From Acetobacter sp. (lineage in GTDB: Bacteria > Pseudomonadota > Alphaproteobacteria > Acetobacterales > Acetobacteraceae), in NCBI RefSeq assembly GCF_052102375.1, contig NZ_JBQDXI010000002.1, forward strand, positions 4,159 to 68,158: a stretch of 64,000 bases of DNA, in the 5' to 3' direction. Of this stretch, positions 38,614 to 47,806 are shown piece after piece (the first letter of the stretch is position 1; each line of letters opens with the position of its first letter). The position numbers were made by a program, and so were the translations under genes. Below the pieces are notes generated by a model. It was given only the letters and a program-made list of their open reading frames with translations, was not told where the DNA came from and did not search any database.

Positions 38614-39429
38614 CTAAATTTGGCCGGAGTACCAATAAGGAGCCCCACCCGGATCTGCCTCACCCGCGATCATGGCGCGTAAACGGGCAGAGTTGATACG
38701 AAACGCTTCCGAGAGCGGGTCTTTCTGACTTTCGGGCACCTCCAGAACTCCAGCAATACCTGCCGGTGCACCAGAAAGCACGACTATGCGTGTTGCAAGC
38801 TTGAGTGCCTCTTCTATGTCATGGGTTACAAACAGAACGGTTTTATGAGTTTGCTCCCATATCCTGAGCAACTCATCCTGCAAATTAAGCCGTGTTACCG
38901 GGTCTAGTGCGCCAAATGGTTCGTCCATCAACAGCAGATCCGGGTCAACTGTCAGGGCGCGTGCCACCCCAACACGCTGGCGTTGTCCACCAGAAAGCTG
39001 GCGGGGCCATCGTTCAGCGGCCTGCTCCAGCCCTACAAGCTTCAGCGCTTGCAAGACACGAGATGCTTTTTCTTCTCGTGTCAAATGCAGGCCTTCAAGC
39101 CCAAACGCCACATTCTGTGCAACGTTACGCCACGGCATGAGGCGTGCATCCTGAAACACAAGAGCTTGAGCGCGCCGTTTGGCTTTTTCCTGTGGCAGCT
39201 TTCCGGCTTCATCCGATAAAACCACGCGGCCTTCGGATGGTGCTGTGAGCCCCATAAACACTCGCAGAACCGTGGACTTGCCAACGCCAGACGGGCCAAG
39301 CAGGGCCACAAACTCATTTCTATGTAACGTCAGGCTAACATGACGAAGAATAAAATTCTTTCCGCCATCATAAGACAGGCCAACGTTTTCAAGCCCGGCA
39401 ATCTGGTCTGCGTTGCTCATGGTTGCCAC
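38614..39429 (-). CDS. NitT/TauT family ABC transporter ATP-binding subunit
   Basis: GPSGVGKST, VFQDARLMPWRNV, LSGGQRQRV, LLMDEPFGALD, FVTHDIEEA. Confidence 0.92.
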   Translation of the reverse strand: MATMSNADQIAGLENVGLSYDGGKNFILRHVSLTLHRNEFVALLGPSGVGKSTVLRVFMGLTAPSEGRVVLSDEAGKLPQEKAKRRAQALVFQDARLMPWRNVAQNVAFGLEGLHLTREEKASRVLQALKLVGLEQAAERWPRQLSGGQRQRVGVARALTVDPDLLLMDEPFGALDPVTRLNLQDELLRIWEQTHKTVLFVTHDIEEALKLATRIVVLSGAPAGIAGVLEVPESQKDPLSEAFRINSARLRAMIAGEADPGGAPYWYSGQI

Positions 39430-40181
39430 CGCAAAACGTATTTTCTCACAAACCCGAACAGGAAATCTGTCAGCGCATAAAGCAAAGCCATGGTCAACAT
39501 ATAGACAACGACCACATCTGTTGCCAGAAGGCTAGAGGCCTGCATCATTCTGGCGCCAATACCCGGCACCCCGAACAGCTCTGCGGCCACAACAGACATC
39601 CAGCCTTGCCCTAGCCCGGTACGTAGACCGGCCATGAGACCGGGGGCGGAAGCGGGTAAGACAACCTTGAACAAACGGCCAAAAAAACTGCCATGCCCAA
39701 AAGAGGCTGCAAGCTCATAAAACTCAGGATCCACGCTTTTTACAGCGGCATAGGCTGCGTAAAAATTAATCCAGAACACTGAGATGGCGATAACAAATGT
39801 CGCCCCTGCGGTATTGAGCCCAAACCACAGAATGGCAAACGGCACCCATGCCAACCCCGGCACAGGCCGCAACAATCGCACAACGCCATCCAGCAGACCA
39901 TCCAGCACAGCAAGCATGCCGCACAGCAGCCCCAAGAGGGCGCCAAAAACTGAGCCTATGGCCAAGCCTAGAAGGTAGTGGCCTAAACTGTCCTTGATGG
40001 CCTGTTGCCAAAATCCACCCTGCACTTCGTCTCGCCATGCTTGCCAGAGCGAACTAGGTGCCGGGACCATACCAGCAGGAAGCAGGCCAGTCCTGACCGA
40101 TGCCTCCCAAGTCCCAAAAAAGAAAAGTAATCCGACAGCCGATAGGAGCCATCTGCTTTTAGCCGAAACTGTGTGACTCAC
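39417..40181 (-). CDS. NitT/TauT family ABC transporter permease
   Basis: LRPVPGLAWVP, EAA-like ELAASFG, WMSVVAAEL; GTG 40181 overlaps the stop of the binding-protein gene (ATG 40199 is an alternative). Confidence 0.9.
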   Translation of the reverse strand: MSHTVSAKSRWLLSAVGLLFFFGTWEASVRTGLLPAGMVPAPSSLWQAWRDEVQGGFWQQAIKDSLGHYLLGLAIGSVFGALLGLLCGMLAVLDGLLDGVVRLLRPVPGLAWVPFAILWFGLNTAGATFVIAISVFWINFYAAYAAVKSVDPEFYELAASFGHGSFFGRLFKVVLPASAPGLMAGLRTGLGQGWMSVVAAELFGVPGIGARMMQASSLLATDVVVVYMLTMALLYALTDFLFGFVRKYVLRWQP

Positions 40182-41221
40182 TGTTTGACACGCCGCCATA
40201 AATCAAGATCAAACAGATCATCTACCGGCTGTGCCTTGCGTAACAAGCCCTGCTCAACTTCAAAATCCTGCAACTGCCGCACACCCTCGACTATTCTTGT
40301 GGGGTCACTGACAAACCGGGAGGCCGAATGTTCAAGCGCTTTTTTGAGGGTCTCCTCACTCAGAATGCCTCCGCCAAGAGCTTTCGTAACAAAAGGCGCA
40401 GCCTCATCTGGCTGAGTGGCAAGAAGTGTTGTGGCTTTCACAAACAACTCTGCCAGTTTTTGAGACCACGCCTGATGTTCCGGAGCCTCAGGCTTGACGA
40501 TAGCAAGGACTGATCCGGGCTGGTCGGGTAACAGGTCATGGCCGGTCGCAAGCGTTCTTGTTTCGGGCAGACGTGACCGGACAACCGTTAAGGCAGGTTC
40601 ACGCAGAACGGCTGCATCTACCGCACCTGCAAGAAAAGCCTGCTGTGCTGCATCAATATCAACCCCGACGATGCTGACCGTATTGGCCAACGGCGTGGGA
40701 ATGTTCACCCGTTTCTGGAGCCAGTAACGCAACAGCGTATCCGGCACTGATCCGGCAGGCTGAGCAGCCACACGCGGTGGCCGTGACTGCTGCGCCTTGA
40801 AGCTATCGAAGGCCGTTTTAACAGCGGATACCGGTACATCCCCATCCTGCTGCTTGGGGAGTGCTTCAGCCAGCTTGCCGCGCGCTACAACCTCTAACTC
40901 CTCTACAGAGGCAGCGGTGACAACCTTGACATCCGCACCATGCGCACGTGCCTGCAATAAAGGCAGCACCCCCGCTACGTAGGCATCAATACGCCCCGAC
41001 ACCAGAGCCTGAATGGCTTGCGGGCCAGACGTGAAGCGCACAAGCTGTAAATCCAACCCGGCAGATTTAGCCCAGCCCTCTCCATCCACCACAAACAAGG
41101 CGGATGAGCCAAGGACCGGTATATAACCAACCTTTATAGGCGTACCTGCATTAGCTGGCACTGCAAACGCCGAGAGAGCTACAGCGCCCAGCAGCGCCAA
41201 TCTGGAAAACAAACGCTTCAT
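40178..41221 (-). CDS. NitT/TauT family ABC transporter substrate-binding protein
   Basis: Sec signal MKRLFSRLALLGAVALSAFAVPANA; IKVGYIP, FTSGPQAIQALVSGRIDAY. Confidence 0.88.
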   Translation of the reverse strand: MKRLFSRLALLGAVALSAFAVPANAGTPIKVGYIPVLGSSALFVVDGEGWAKSAGLDLQLVRFTSGPQAIQALVSGRIDAYVAGVLPLLQARAHGADVKVVTAASVEELEVVARGKLAEALPKQQDGDVPVSAVKTAFDSFKAQQSRPPRVAAQPAGSVPDTLLRYWLQKRVNIPTPLANTVSIVGVDIDAAQQAFLAGAVDAAVLREPALTVVRSRLPETRTLATGHDLLPDQPGSVLAIVKPEAPEHQAWSQKLAELFVKATTLLATQPDEAAPFVTKALGGGILSEETLKKALEHSASRFVSDPTRIVEGVRQLQDFEVEQGLLRKAQPVDDLFDLDLWRRVKQ

Positions 41222-41253
41222 GTGTTTTACGCCTATCTGCGGATAAGTGACAA

Positions 41254-41294
41254 ATATTACCATGCAATAGTGGTAATATCTCCTTTTATGTCAA
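41254..41294 (-). promoter_or_regulatory. Candidate promoter and overlapping operator of the ABC importer
   Basis: TTGACA on the minus strand (41289-41294); ATATTACCA-N8-TGGTAATAT perfect inverted repeat (41254-41279) over the expected -10 region. Confidence 0.55.
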
Positions 41295-41395
41295 TCATAC
41301 GCAGTATGTGGTATATTACGATCACATTCTTGCAACGAGTATTTTACCGCCCTACTCCGCAAATTAAGCCAGAAAACCATTCCCTGTTGCGGCCC

Positions 41396-41430
41396 AAAAA
41401 AAAGGCGCAAGGGATAAAGCCCTTACGCCC
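41396..41430 (-). terminator. Intrinsic terminator of the MFS gene
   Basis: Minus strand GGCGTAAGGG-ctttat-CCCTTGCGCC followed by T9. Confidence 0.85.
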
Positions 41431-41464
41431 TTCCTAGGCATATACTGTGAGACGTCGAAATTTT

Positions 41465-42790
41465 TTACTGATTTCCCGCAGCGTGCAAAGCAGCTTCACG
41501 GTCGGACTGGGAGACTGCCTCAGACCGGCGGATATAAGCTCGTGCTTCGGGAGAGACCGTAATGGCAAGTGTCATCACAGCGGAAAGCACATAAAGACCA
41601 CTGAAAATCCAGATGACACCTTCAACGCCGTGCCACCCTTCAAACCATGTCACAATGGCAGGACCAACCCATGTGCTTGCACCAGCGCCAAGACCCAATA
41701 TTGACAATGCGGCCGCTTTTTCCTTGGGGCAGACCTGAGGCATAAGCCCGGAGAGTGGGACAAATGCAGCCAAAGATGCCCCATAGAGAATGCCCATAGC
41801 GGCAGCAATAGGAAAGTTATGCGGCATTGAGAGCGGTACATAATAAAATAACGGGACAGAAATGGCAGCACCAAGACCCCCACCGACTGCCACAACCGCA
41901 CGTGGTCCAAACCGGTCTGCCATCATGCCTGACAACAGGTTGAAGATAATGTTGCTAAGGAAAACAATAGACAAAAGCTGAAGCCACTGTTCCAGCGAAA
42001 AGCCAACCACCTTTGTAAAGACACCCGGCATAATAACCAGAAACGCATATTCAGAAGAAGTGTTGATGGTACGCACCAACCCAGCAATCAGCGTTTTTGG
42101 TTCACGCCAGATAATGCTGATAGACCCAAACATGGCCTGTTTCAGCGTCACATCTGGCGGGCTCAAGCGTTGGGTCCCACGCGGTTCGTGTGTGCACAGG
42201 AGCGCAACAAGTCCGCCCACCATCACAAGCGCCAGAGACGACCAGAAAGTGCCCATTTCACCAATGCGGGGAATGGCAAAACTCGCAAACAGAGAACCAA
42301 GCGTGGGCAGTCCCCCCGAGAATGCAAACCAGAACCACCCTGCGGCAGACCCCAATTGCCGTGCTGGGGTTGCAGCAGCAATCCATACCAGAAAGCCATA
42401 GGCGAACAGCGGATAACCCAAGCCTCGTGCCGTGTAGGCGGCAATCATCAGAGGATAATTATTGGGTTGAAGACCAAAAACCAGAAAAAAGACTTCAAAA
42501 ATACCCCAAATCCACAGGCCAACCCACATGACCTTTTTAGGTCCCCAAAGGTCTGACAGCGGGCCGGAAAGCCATGATGAAAGAGAAACAGCAACACCAT
42601 AAATGGTAAAAAGCAGGGCTACCTGTGTAGAGGAATGTCCCTGCCCTTCAAGAAAAGGGGCCAAATAGCCGGCTTCAACGCCATCCCCGATCATGAAAAG
42701 TAATAAACCAATAAAGCCCCAAAGCAGAGGCCGTGGAATACCTATTCGATCTGCGAGGGATTGTTTTTCCTGCTGGGCTGCTGTTTGCAT
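41465..42790 (-). CDS. RbtT/DalT/CsbX family MFS transporter (polyol or 2-oxoglutarate-type importer)
   Basis: LLWGFIGLLLFMIGDGVEAGYL, RGLGYPLFAYGFLVWI, GWFWFAFSGGLPTLGS, LGAGASTWVGPAI. Confidence 0.82.
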   Translation of the reverse strand: MQTAAQQEKQSLADRIGIPRPLLWGFIGLLLFMIGDGVEAGYLAPFLEGQGHSSTQVALLFTIYGVAVSLSSWLSGPLSDLWGPKKVMWVGLWIWGIFEVFFLVFGLQPNNYPLMIAAYTARGLGYPLFAYGFLVWIAAATPARQLGSAAGWFWFAFSGGLPTLGSLFASFAIPRIGEMGTFWSSLALVMVGGLVALLCTHEPRGTQRLSPPDVTLKQAMFGSISIIWREPKTLIAGLVRTINTSSEYAFLVIMPGVFTKVVGFSLEQWLQLLSIVFLSNIIFNLLSGMMADRFGPRAVVAVGGGLGAAISVPLFYYVPLSMPHNFPIAAAMGILYGASLAAFVPLSGLMPQVCPKEKAAALSILGLGAGASTWVGPAIVTWFEGWHGVEGVIWIFSGLYVLSAVMTLAITVSPEARAYIRRSEAVSQSDREAALHAAGNQ

Positions 42791-43044
42791 CTACATGCTC
42801 TCCTTAGACGCGATAACGGCATAGGCCATGTGCCTCATTGCACAGGACTAAAGCGCATTATCAATACGAACCATGGCGGGAGTGCTCACCTAGTTCGTGA
42901 AAAAAGATTTTGGGTTGGGTACCGCTACAAAGCGCGGATTAGACAGATCTGGAAAGATCTCACCCACACAACATTGAATGGAGCAAACTCAACATTCGCA
43001 GTTGCTTATATCTGCCTACCAACGGAGGTAAACAGACGCCTTAT

Positions 43045-43079
43045 AAAAAAGGCAAAGGGAGCCGAAAACTACGGCTCCC
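43045..43079 (-). terminator. Terminator of the alpha operon
   Basis: GGGAGCCG/CGGCTCCC stem (43057-43079) then TTTGCCTTTTTT on the minus strand. Confidence 0.75.
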
Positions 43080-43095
43080 CAAACATCTCAGCCTA

Positions 43096-43521
43096 TTAAG
43101 CTGCGAGGTCCTGTGTTTCCGCAACTTCTGGGCGCGGGCCGCTATCCTGGCCTTTTGCGCTGATGTCACGGTCAACAAGTTCGATAACAGCCATGTCAGC
43201 TGCATCGCCATAACGCATACCAGCACGCATCACGCGGGAGTAACCGCCTGTGCGACCTTTGTAGCGTTCAGCAATTGCGGAGAAGAGTTTCTTCACAATT
43301 ACATCGTCACGCAGTAGAGCGTGAGCCTGACGACGAGCATGGAGGTCACCACGCTTGCCCAAAGTGATCAGCTTTTCCACAACCGGACGCAGTTCTTTTG
43401 CTTTCGGCAGGGTTGTTGTGATCTGTTCATGTTTGATCAGAGCAACTGCCATGTTGCGGAACATGGCAGCGCGGTGAGAAGAAGTAACGCCGAGCTTACG
43501 GCCGGCAATACGGTGACGCAT
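43096..43521 (-). CDS. rplQ: 50S ribosomal protein L17
   Basis: [34 protein letters not shown]. Confidence 0.98.
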   Translation of the reverse strand: MRHRIAGRKLGVTSSHRAAMFRNMAVALIKHEQITTTLPKAKELRPVVEKLITLGKRGDLHARRQAHALLRDDVIVKKLFSAIAERYKGRTGGYSRVMRAGMRYGDAADMAVIELVDRDISAKGQDSGPRPEVAETQDLAA

Positions 43522-43550
43522 AGTTCAGTTCCTAGTCGTAAGAAGTGGGC

Positions 43551-44570
43551 TTAGAACGGCTCATCAAGCCGTTTTGCCAGATCTTCAATATTTTCCGGCG
43601 GCCAAGCCGGCACATTCATACCCAGGGAAAGCCCCATAGAAGTCAGGACTTCCTTGATCTCGTTCAGAGACTTACGGCCAAAGTTCGGAGTCCGCAGCAT
43701 TTCCTGCTCGCTCTTCTGGACGAGATCCCCGATATAGATGATGTTGTCGTTCTTCAGGCAATTCGCACTACGAACAGACAATTCAAGCTCATCAACCTTA
43801 CGCAACAGATTGCGGTTGAATGGCAGGTCATCCTGCGGCTCTTCAGCCTGTACCGGACGCGGTTCATCAAAGTTGATGAACAACTGCAACTGATCCTGCA
43901 GGATCCGTGCAGCAAGCGCAACCGCATCTTCAGGCGTGATAGCACCGTTTGTTTCTACCGTCAGCAGCAGCTTATCGTAGTCGGTAACCTGACCAACACG
44001 GGTCGGCTCAACTTTATAAGATACACGCTTGACCGGAGAATAGATGGCGTCAACCGGAATAAGACCGATTGGAGCATCTTCCGGACGGTTAGCAGCAGCT
44101 GGCACATAGCCTTTGCCCATACCAACCACAAGTTCCATACCCAGCTTCACACCGTCATCCAGTGTGCAGATAACCAGATCAGGGTTCATGATTTCAATGT
44201 CATGACCTGTCTGGATCTGGCCGGCACGAACTTCGCCGGGGCCTGTTGCCGTTAGCACCATGCGCTTCGGGCCTTCGCCGTGCATACGCAGAGCAAGCTG
44301 TTTGATGTTCAGGACAATGTCCGTCACATCTTCACGTACACCCGCCACAGACGAGAATTCGTGCAGCACGCCATCAATCTGCACTGCGGTAACAGCCGCG
44401 CCCTGCAGGGAAGACAGCAGCACGCGACGCAGGGCATTGCCCAAGGTCATCCCGAAACCACGTTCCAGCGGCTCAGCAACAACCGTTGCAATACGTGTCG
44501 GCTCCACTCCGGATTCGACCTCAAGCTTTTCAGGCTTGATCAGAGATTGCCAGTTTTTCTGAAGGACCAA
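43551..44570 (-). CDS. rpoA: RNA polymerase alpha subunit (TTG start)
   Basis: [45 protein letters not shown]. Confidence 0.98.
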   Translation of the reverse strand: MVLQKNWQSLIKPEKLEVESGVEPTRIATVVAEPLERGFGMTLGNALRRVLLSSLQGAAVTAVQIDGVLHEFSSVAGVREDVTDIVLNIKQLALRMHGEGPKRMVLTATGPGEVRAGQIQTGHDIEIMNPDLVICTLDDGVKLGMELVVGMGKGYVPAAANRPEDAPIGLIPVDAIYSPVKRVSYKVEPTRVGQVTDYDKLLLTVETNGAITPEDAVALAARILQDQLQLFINFDEPRPVQAEEPQDDLPFNRNLLRKVDELELSVRSANCLKNDNIIYIGDLVQKSEQEMLRTPNFGRKSLNEIKEVLTSMGLSLGMNVPAWPPENIEDLAKRLDEPF

Positions 44571-44640
44571 GGTGCAGGCCTTTCAATACGAAAAACCACT
44601 GCTGAAGCAGCGATTTCTCTGAGCTTTAACAAACAAGACC

Positions 44641-44670
44641 AAAAACAGTGGCTACAGTAATGCAGCCACT
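44641..44670 (-). terminator. Terminator-like hairpin between rpsK and rpoA
   Basis: Minus strand AGTGGCTGCA-ttac-TGTAGCCACT then GTTTTT. Confidence 0.6.
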
Positions 44671-44681
44671 CATTTTCACTC

Positions 44682-45074
44682 TTAGACGCGACGACGCTTA
44701 CGCGGGCGGCAACCGTTGTGCGGAACGGGTGTCATGTCACGGATAGAGGTGATGGAGAAGCCCACAGCCTGAAGAGCACGCAGTGCGCTTTCACGGCCTG
44801 ATCCTGGACCGGACACTTCAATTTCCAGCGTTTCCATACCGTGCTCACGTGCCTTGCGGCCCGCATCTTCTGCTGCAACCTGAGCAGCATACGGTGTGGA
44901 CTTACGTGACCCCTTAAAGCCCTGAGCACCTGCTGAAGACCAGGAGATAGCATTCCCCTGAGCATCTGAAATGGTGATCATGGTGTTGTTGAACGTGGAC
45001 AGAACGTGTGCCACGCCAGAAATAATGTTCTTGCGCTCTTTTTTACGAATACGCGGTGCTGCGGCTTTCGCCAT
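44682..45074 (-). CDS. rpsK: 30S ribosomal protein S11
   Basis: [39 protein letters not shown]. Confidence 0.98.
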   Translation of the reverse strand: MAKAAAPRIRKKERKNIISGVAHVLSTFNNTMITISDAQGNAISWSSAGAQGFKGSRKSTPYAAQVAAEDAGRKAREHGMETLEIEVSGPGSGRESALRALQAVGFSITSIRDMTPVPHNGCRPRKRRRV

Positions 45075-45140
45075 AATTTTCTACCTCAGTCCCTACCCAG
45101 AAGCCCGCAAAAGCCGTCCGGAGTTTTTCAACAACACGGA

Positions 45141-45518
45141 TTAGCGTGCTACTTTCTTCTTACCAGCAATCGCAACAGCCTTACCTTTACGGGTACGGGC
45201 GTTGGTATGGGTACGCTGGCCGCGAACAGGCAGGCCACGACGATGACGCAGGCCGCGGTAGCAACCCAGATCCATCAGGCGTTTAATGTTCATAGCAACT
45301 TCACGACGCAGATCGCCTTCAACGCGATACTGGGTATCAATCAGCTCACGCAGCTTCATGATTTCGTCGTCGCTCAGTTCGTTAACGCGTTTCGCGTCAG
45401 GAATACCCGCTTCCGTGCAGATCTGGGCTGCTTTGGTTGCGCCAATTCCGTAAATATACTGAAGCCCGATAACAACCCGTTTGTTCGTCGGGACATTCAC
45501 GCCGGCAATACGTGCCAC
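45141..45518 (-). CDS. rpsM: 30S ribosomal protein S13 (GTG start)
   Basis: [34 protein letters not shown]. Confidence 0.98.
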   Translation of the reverse strand: MARIAGVNVPTNKRVVIGLQYIYGIGATKAAQICTEAGIPDAKRVNELSDDEIMKLRELIDTQYRVEGDLRREVAMNIKRLMDLGCYRGLRHRRGLPVRGQRTHTNARTRKGKAVAIAGKKKVAR

Positions 45519-45600
45519 GCCTTACACTCCTGTAGACATCCACCCGAAGGCAGATTCTCATAGCTTCCATGCACGGAAGCAGATTTCACTCAGTGGCCGC

Positions 45601-45629
45601 GAGATATACCGGCCACTCGCACAAGTCAA
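45601..45629 (-). promoter_or_regulatory. Candidate sigma70 promoter of the alpha operon
   Basis: TTGACT (45624-45629), 17 nt, TATCTC (45601-45606), directly after the adk terminator. Confidence 0.6.
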
Positions 45630-45631
45630 CG

Positions 45632-45657
45632 AAAACAGATCACTTTTTCGTGATCTG
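45632..45657 (-). terminator. Terminator after adk
   Basis: CAGATCAC-gaaaaa-GTGATCTG-TTTT immediately after the stop codon. Confidence 0.75.
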
Positions 45658-46308
45658 TTACTGTCCAGCCATAACTGTTTCTATCTGAGCCGTAACTTCA
45701 GACGTCGGCAGCATTCCATTAATGGCATGAAGACGACCTGTTTTTTCATAAAACGGCAAAATAGGTGCAGTCAGTTTCCGGTACTCTTTCAAACGCTCAA
45801 CAACGGTCTCACGTTTGTCATCAGCCCGGCGTTTGAACTCATGGCTACCGCACGAATCACAAACACCATCCTGTTTGGGTGGGTTCGAGACCTCGTTGTA
45901 GGTCGCTCCACACTTTGCGCATGTGAAACGGCCGGAAATACGGTCAGCCAGAATATCTTCGTCCACGTCCAGGAACAGGACGACATCAATATGCTTGTTG
46001 CTTGCTTTAAGCATCGCATCAAGCGCTTCTGCCTGCCCTGTTGTCCGCGGAAACCCATCCAGAATGAACCCTTTGGCACAATCTGGCTGAGCAATTCTGG
46101 ACTCAAGCATTTTGATGATCAGGTCATCTGGAACCAGACGTCCGGTCTCCATAAGGCTTTTAGCCTGCTGGCCTGTCTCAGAGCCACGCGCAACTTCCGC
46201 GCGTAGCATGTCTCCAGTAGAAATCTGGACAAGGCCGTAGCGCTCTTCCAGAAGCTTCGACTGCGTACCTTTGCCTGCGCCCGGCGGGCCAAGAAAGATA
46301 ATGTTCAT
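45658..46308 (-). CDS. adk: Adenylate kinase with Cys4 zinc-type LID
   Basis: GPPGAGKGTQ, STGDMLR, LDGFPRT, CAKC-X16-CDSC; ATGA overlap with secY. Confidence 0.97.
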   Translation of the reverse strand: MNIIFLGPPGAGKGTQSKLLEERYGLVQISTGDMLRAEVARGSETGQQAKSLMETGRLVPDDLIIKMLESRIAQPDCAKGFILDGFPRTTGQAEALDAMLKASNKHIDVVLFLDVDEDILADRISGRFTCAKCGATYNEVSNPPKQDGVCDSCGSHEFKRRADDKRETVVERLKEYRKLTAPILPFYEKTGRLHAINGMLPTSEVTAQIETVMAGQ

Positions 46309-47663
46309 CGCCGGATAATCCTCTGCTTTCTCCCACCACGAGACTTCTTCATAAGCCCCTGATACTGGTGCGCAACCAAATGGGATTGAATCTGCGTTAC
46401 CGTATCAATGGTTACAGAGACAATAATGATCAGACTGGTCCCGCCAAAATAGAAGGGAACATTGTAACGGCTGATCAGAATTTGCGGCAGCAGGCAGACA
46501 AGAACCATATACGCAGCACCAATGGTGGTAAGGCGTGTCAGGATTTTGTCAAAATATACTGCCGTGGCAGCACCTGGGCGAATGCCAGGAATAAAGCCCC
46601 CCTGCTTACGCAGGTTATCCGCAGTCTCTGTCGGGTTAAACGTCACAGCAGCGTAGAAGTAAGAGAAAAACACGATCATTGCTGCATAGAACAGCATGTA
46701 GAGCGGTTGCCCCTGCCCCATTTCTTCTCCCAGGAACGACAGCCAACCGGGCATGGACTTACCGTTCATGAAACCGGAAATCGTAACAGGGATAAGCAGC
46801 ACTGAAGACGCAAAAATAGGAGGAATCACACCTGCCGTGTTCACTTTCAGCGGCATATGTGTGGTGTCACCACCAAACATTCTCTGTCCCATCTGGCGTT
46901 TGGGGTACTGAATAACCACCCGACGCTGGGCCTGTTCCATAAACACAATGAACGTAATGGTAATCGCTGCCAGCACAAGAAACAGAAGGACAAAAATAGG
47001 AGACAATGCCCCCGTATAGCCCAACTGAAACAAGCTTGCTAAAGCATGCGGCAAGTTCGCAACAATGCCCGCAAAAATAATCAGCGAAATACCGTTGCCC
47101 ACACCACGAGATGTGATTTGTTCACCGATCCACATCAGAAACATTGTTCCGCCAACCAGCGTTGTCACGCATGATGCCAGAAAAAATGGACCTGGGCTTA
47201 CAACCGCAGCACCCGCAGCACTTCTCATGCTTTCAAGCCCAACGGCAATGCCATAAGCCTGAAATAACGCAATGAAGACTGTGAGATAGCGTGTGTATTC
47301 GTTCAGTTTTTTACGACCAGCATCACCCTCTTTCTTGAGTGTCTCAAGAGACGGTATTGCCGTGGACATAAGCTGAACAATGATGGAAGCAGAGATGTAG
47401 GGCATAATGTTCAGCGCGAACACAGTCATGCGCCCAAGCGCACCACCTGTGAACATATTGAACATGCCGAGTATGCCGCCCTGATGTTGTGCCAGAAGCT
47501 GGCCCATGACGGTCGCATCTACACCAGGAACGGGGATATACGTTCCGAGACGATAAATGATCAATGCGCCAAGCGTGAACCAAATCCGCTTTTTGAGTTC
47601 AGTTGCCTTGGCAAAGGAGCCCACATTGAAGTTGGCAGCCAGCTGTTCGGCCGCGGAAGCCAT
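46305..47663 (-). CDS. secY: Preprotein translocase SecY
   Basis: RLGTYIPVPG, FALNIMPYISASIIVQL, NGISLIIF, GVIPPIFASS, IPGIRPG, GGTSLIIIV. Confidence 0.98.
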   Translation of the reverse strand: MASAAEQLAANFNVGSFAKATELKKRIWFTLGALIIYRLGTYIPVPGVDATVMGQLLAQHQGGILGMFNMFTGGALGRMTVFALNIMPYISASIIVQLMSTAIPSLETLKKEGDAGRKKLNEYTRYLTVFIALFQAYGIAVGLESMRSAAGAAVVSPGPFFLASCVTTLVGGTMFLMWIGEQITSRGVGNGISLIIFAGIVANLPHALASLFQLGYTGALSPIFVLLFLVLAAITITFIVFMEQAQRRVVIQYPKRQMGQRMFGGDTTHMPLKVNTAGVIPPIFASSVLLIPVTISGFMNGKSMPGWLSFLGEEMGQGQPLYMLFYAAMIVFFSYFYAAVTFNPTETADNLRKQGGFIPGIRPGAATAVYFDKILTRLTTIGAAYMVLVCLLPQILISRYNVPFYFGGTSLIIIVSVTIDTVTQIQSHLVAHQYQGLMKKSRGGRKQRIIRR

Positions 47664-47806
47664 GCATCCGTCCTTTCACACAAACAGCGCCGCCGCACTT
47701 AATGCGGGACGCTGGCATGATAGTCTAAAAGCTAAACCAGAAAAAATCTCTGGAAAAACAGACTGAAAGGAGAGACTGCCAAAAACAGCCTCCCCTCTCC
47801 ATCGCA

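Noticed and set aside
41358-41372. Sigma54 promoter upstream of the ABC importer (TGGC...TTGC on the minus strand)
   Set aside because: GG-to-GC spacing is 8 nt rather than the required 10.
42945-42960. AGATCT-GGAA-AGATCT repeat upstream of the MFS
   Set aside because: Only a 6-bp stem; no supporting context for a regulatory call.
43096-47663. Absence of rpmJ, infA, map and rpsD from the spc/alpha region
   Set aside because: Normal arrangement for alphaproteobacteria.
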